From contig CAVVXT010000019.1 of the NCBI GenBank assembly GCA_963752255.1, positions 128,001-192,000 of the forward strand: a stretch of DNA of 64,000 nt, in the 5' to 3' direction. Numbering within the stretch: the stretch's first letter is position 1; each line of letters starts with the position of its first letter. A program made the position numbers and the translations under genes. Shown here piece by piece: positions 61,381 through 64,000 of the stretch. This DNA comes from Nitrososphaeria archaeon. Lineage in GTDB: Archaea > Thermoproteota > Nitrososphaeria > JACIWG01. A model generated the notes under the pieces. The model had not been told where the DNA came from, ran no database searches, and worked only from the letters and a program-made list of their open reading frames with translations.

Positions 61381-62159
61381 TTAGTTCAAGACGTTTGATG
61401 CGAGATTCTTTAGTTGTGGATATCTGATCTCCAATTCTTTATTAAATGGTTCCAACTCCTTTAGGTATTCTTCGTCTATTTTATTTTCTATTGTTTTCAG
61501 GTTCACTTTCCCCTCTTCGTATGATTTTCTCAGACTTAAACAGAATTCTTGAATCTGTTCTTCAGTATATGGTTCCACTTTTTTTTCTGAACGCTTCCTG
61601 AGAAATTCAGCCATGATTTCCACTAAGGTCTCTGCGAAACTTGGCGGAATTCTGAATGAAAACTCTATTAGTTGTTTGTTTAAGTAGTGCTGGGAACCGG
61701 ATAGCAAGCAAATTAAATTAGTAAGTTCTTCCGTCTTTTGATCAAGTTGAGCATCGGGTAGTTTAAAGTTATATTTTGTCTCTGGTCTTCCTGCCTCACC
61801 CTTGCTGCCTGGTACCCCCACAAGCCTTTCTTATCGACCTTTTCATGTAGTACATAGTAGGGAGCTATTTTCTTGAATTTCTTTTCGGTATTTCTAATGA
61901 ACTTTTTACGATAACTTTCTTTATAATACCCTTTCAACATAGCGTCCATATCTTCATCTGAAACGACCTTAGTCAAGTGAGCCCATACTATTGCTGTGGT
62001 CTTCAACCTTTTACCTTTGACTTTATCTAACTCTGAAAGCATTTTTTCGAAGGCACATCCGACCTGTCTACATGCTTCATTAATGGAAAGAGCTACATAG
62101 AGTTCCACCGGCGTAATCTTCAATTCTTGATCAGGTGCAACAGACATTTTGTCTATCAA
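61381..62159 (-). pseudogene. Probable single winged-helix protein split at a G5 run near 61818
   Basis: Two overlapping ORFs; a GRPETKY wing-like motif follows the junction. Confidence 0.5.
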
Positions 62160-62327
62160 ATTTTGTCTAAAATCGTTTTCCTTTTAAACGTTAATACTCT
62201 TATAGCGATAAAAATTGACCAGGTACAAAGTTGCGTCTGTCGCATTGGACGAGCAATGTTATGATAGGTTAAGAAGTATTGCCCAGAAAGAGGAGAGATC
62301 AATATCGTATGTGCTGAGAAAGATCGT

Positions 62328-63221
62328 GTGGGAACATTTCGAAAAAGTGACAACATCATGACAACGTTTAATGACAGACTACTACACAATTGCAGACATA
62401 TTCTAACACCGACTTGCCAGCATATTCTAACCAAAGGCAAAGACCTCTGCGAAAAGGAAAGACGGCCTTTCACTCACGTCGATTTCCCCGAGGTCAATTA
62501 TGGCACATTCAGAAACAGCGTCTCATATCTTCTCAAACGCGAGCTACTGGAGGATTACACAAGTTTTCTGGCCTTCTACTGGGTAATAGGAGTAAGGAAA
62601 CCTCACGATGGATTGGGTAACAGAAAGTCCTATGGTATGGGGGTAAGAGGACGAATGAACGACTTACTTGAATTAATAGGAAGCATTCCTCTGGGTAATA
62701 GGGGCATACACGATATTCGGATATACTTCAAAAAAGAGGGAATCTACCACATTATTGAAGGTGCGGAAGTAGTTGAAAGAACTTTACCACACAGCAAGGA
62801 TCTCATCCTTACGGAAGTTAATATAGGTCCCTTCAGGAACGCCAAGATTTCTGTTCACGCTAATGATTCCGTAAGCATTTGCTTAGGTTGTAGCACAAAC
62901 CAATTTTACTTAACAGATGAGGGTATGAATGACTTCGCTTTCACTTTGGGCAATTTAGGAGGACGGATCGAGACTTGGTGCAATTCGAAGATCAAAGTCC
63001 CTTATGTGGGCTCTTGGAGAATCAAAGGCTTGCATTATGGCAGGGACAGCCTATTAGAATTATCAGGAGAAAAATTCAATATAACGGTATCAGAGTTGAA
63101 AAGGACCGTTAGAGTTTACAATAAAAACATCAATGGCAAGAACAAGATAAGAATGGAGAGGATTGATGAACCAGACCTCGATGTTGCGTCATTCATTGAA
63201 AGCCGGATTAACGGTGATTGA
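62328..63221 (+). CDS. Mobile-element protein with N-terminal HTH (replication/regulation candidate)
   Basis: RPFTHVDF...YGTFRNSVSYL (wHTH-like), IHDIRI, DSVSICLGCS; sits in the element backbone. Confidence 0.5.
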   Translation: MGTFRKSDNIMTTFNDRLLHNCRHILTPTCQHILTKGKDLCEKERRPFTHVDFPEVNYGTFRNSVSYLLKRELLEDYTSFLAFYWVIGVRKPHDGLGNRKSYGMGVRGRMNDLLELIGSIPLGNRGIHDIRIYFKKEGIYHIIEGAEVVERTLPHSKDLILTEVNIGPFRNAKISVHANDSVSICLGCSTNQFYLTDEGMNDFAFTLGNLGGRIETWCNSKIKVPYVGSWRIKGLHYGRDSLLELSGEKFNITVSELKRTVRVYNKNINGKNKIRMERIDEPDLDVASFIESRINGD

Positions 63222-63432
63222 TGTGAAGTTCAAGATTCGCTTGAGCCAAAAAGTCTGGGATCCGCTTAAGAAAAACTATCAAGAACACTATATCTTGGTC
63301 AAGGATATTTCTCAAGAGCAGGCCCAAGCAATTTTACATCATTTTAGGTTACCGGATATCATCCCCGAAATATCTCAAAGTAGCCTTTCCAGCGGGGTAC
63401 CCAAGACAAAGGAAGTCAAAGGTGAATTATAG
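63199..63432 (+). CDS. Small hypothetical protein
   Basis: Co-oriented between backbone genes; start uncertain. Confidence 0.4.
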   Translation, partial: KAGLTVIDVKFKIRLSQKVWDPLKKNYQEHYILVKDISQEQAQAILHHFRLPDIIPEISQSSLSSGVPKTKEVKGEL

Positions 63433-63676
63433 AATGGAAAGTGTGCCATCAGAATCCTCTGACAGAAGATCTTCAAACAATTATCTACCTATAACTGGAA
63501 AGGATGAAGTTTGTCTGACAGAACTGAAAGGTTTGGCTGAGAGAATGTTACCAAGAGGTAGTGATCTTCGGGAACTTATCCTATCCGAACCAGATTATTT
63601 GCCCAAGCAAGAGGCGTTGGCCAAGATAGATATTTTTGTAAAACTGCTTTATAGGGAGGCCAAGGATCATAATTAA
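63422..63676 (+). CDS. Small protein convergent with the integrase-like gene
   Basis: LKGLAERMLP..SDLRELILSEPD; I recall this pattern beside integrases of archaeal integrated elements. Confidence 0.55.
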   Translation: MNYRMESVPSESSDRRSSNNYLPITGKDEVCLTELKGLAERMLPRGSDLRELILSEPDYLPKQEALAKIDIFVKLLYREAKDHN

Positions 63677-64000
63677 TGATTTGGTAATCTGATAATAGCC
63701 TCGTCCGTTGGCAGTTCTCTCACGTATTCCCACCCCTGCAGTATCCAGTTCCTAACCTCATCAGTAGGAACAATTTTTTGACGAGAATTGCCATTTAGTC
63801 CAAGTGACTGCATTGATTTCTTGTTAAATAGTTCCTGTAACTGCTTTGGTGAAAACTTCGACAAGTCCCCCAGCACCTTAATTTCTTCTTCAGTATAGCC
63901 AGCTATCTTCAAAAATTGGCGATTAAATGTTGCAATAACTTCGTCTTGGCTCAATGCTAGGATACTAATTTGAGTTCTTTTGGGCAAGTATCTCACGATG
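63673..64000 (-). CDS. Probable C-terminal tail of an archaeal tyrosine integrase (partial at window edge)
   Basis: RQFL..AGY.EEEI...QKIVP..EV..WI.QGWEYV..LP..EAIIRLP; catalytic residues lie outside the window. Confidence 0.6.
   Translation of the reverse strand, partial: IVRYLPKRTQISILALSQDEVIATFNRQFLKIAGYTEEEIKVLGDLSKFSPKQLQELFNKKSMQSLGLNGNSRQKIVPTDEVRNWILQGWEYVRELPTDEAIIRLPNH

Larger units (their letters stand above)
47208..64000. mobile_element. Composite integrated element/genomic island (continues past the window end)
   Basis: tRNA 3'-end fragment at the left border, AT-rich orphan cargo, internal att-like sites, ParB-like gene, probable integrase C-terminus at the right edge. Confidence 0.8.

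Overview
Archaeal chromosomal window, probably TACK/Nitrososphaerota-like (archaeal histone, S17e, class I CCA-adding enzyme, archease, Cgi121, BHB-intron tRNA-Pro). From left to right: (1) 0.1-6.3 kb, a sulfur cluster (HTH regulator, cysK, cysE, iscS, ThiF/MoeB, tusA, dsrE) with a repeated palindrome, TATAAC-N3-GTTATA, in four promoters. (2) 7.4-17.3 kb, tRNA-processing and housekeeping genes. (3) 17.3-20.8 kb, an integrase-less islet in tRNA-Ser. (4) 21-30 kb, catabolic and decaying accessory genes. (5) 30.6-35.9 kb, the most striking locus: DhaK/DhaL/DhaM and HPr, plus an Enzyme I and a PPDK that both stop just before their PEP-binding barrel, plus an Rv1126c-like helical His protein. This is a candidate ATP-fuelled, PEP-independent PTS phosphorelay. 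(6) 37-47 kb, housekeeping genes. (7) 47.2 kb to the window end, a composite integrated element split by three co-oriented 3' fragments of different tRNAs, with defence-like cargo, surface proteins and a probable integrase C-terminus at the edge. Many genes carry single-base insertions or stops, and some of these are probably sequencing errors. All family assignments come from motifs I recognised; no database searches were run.
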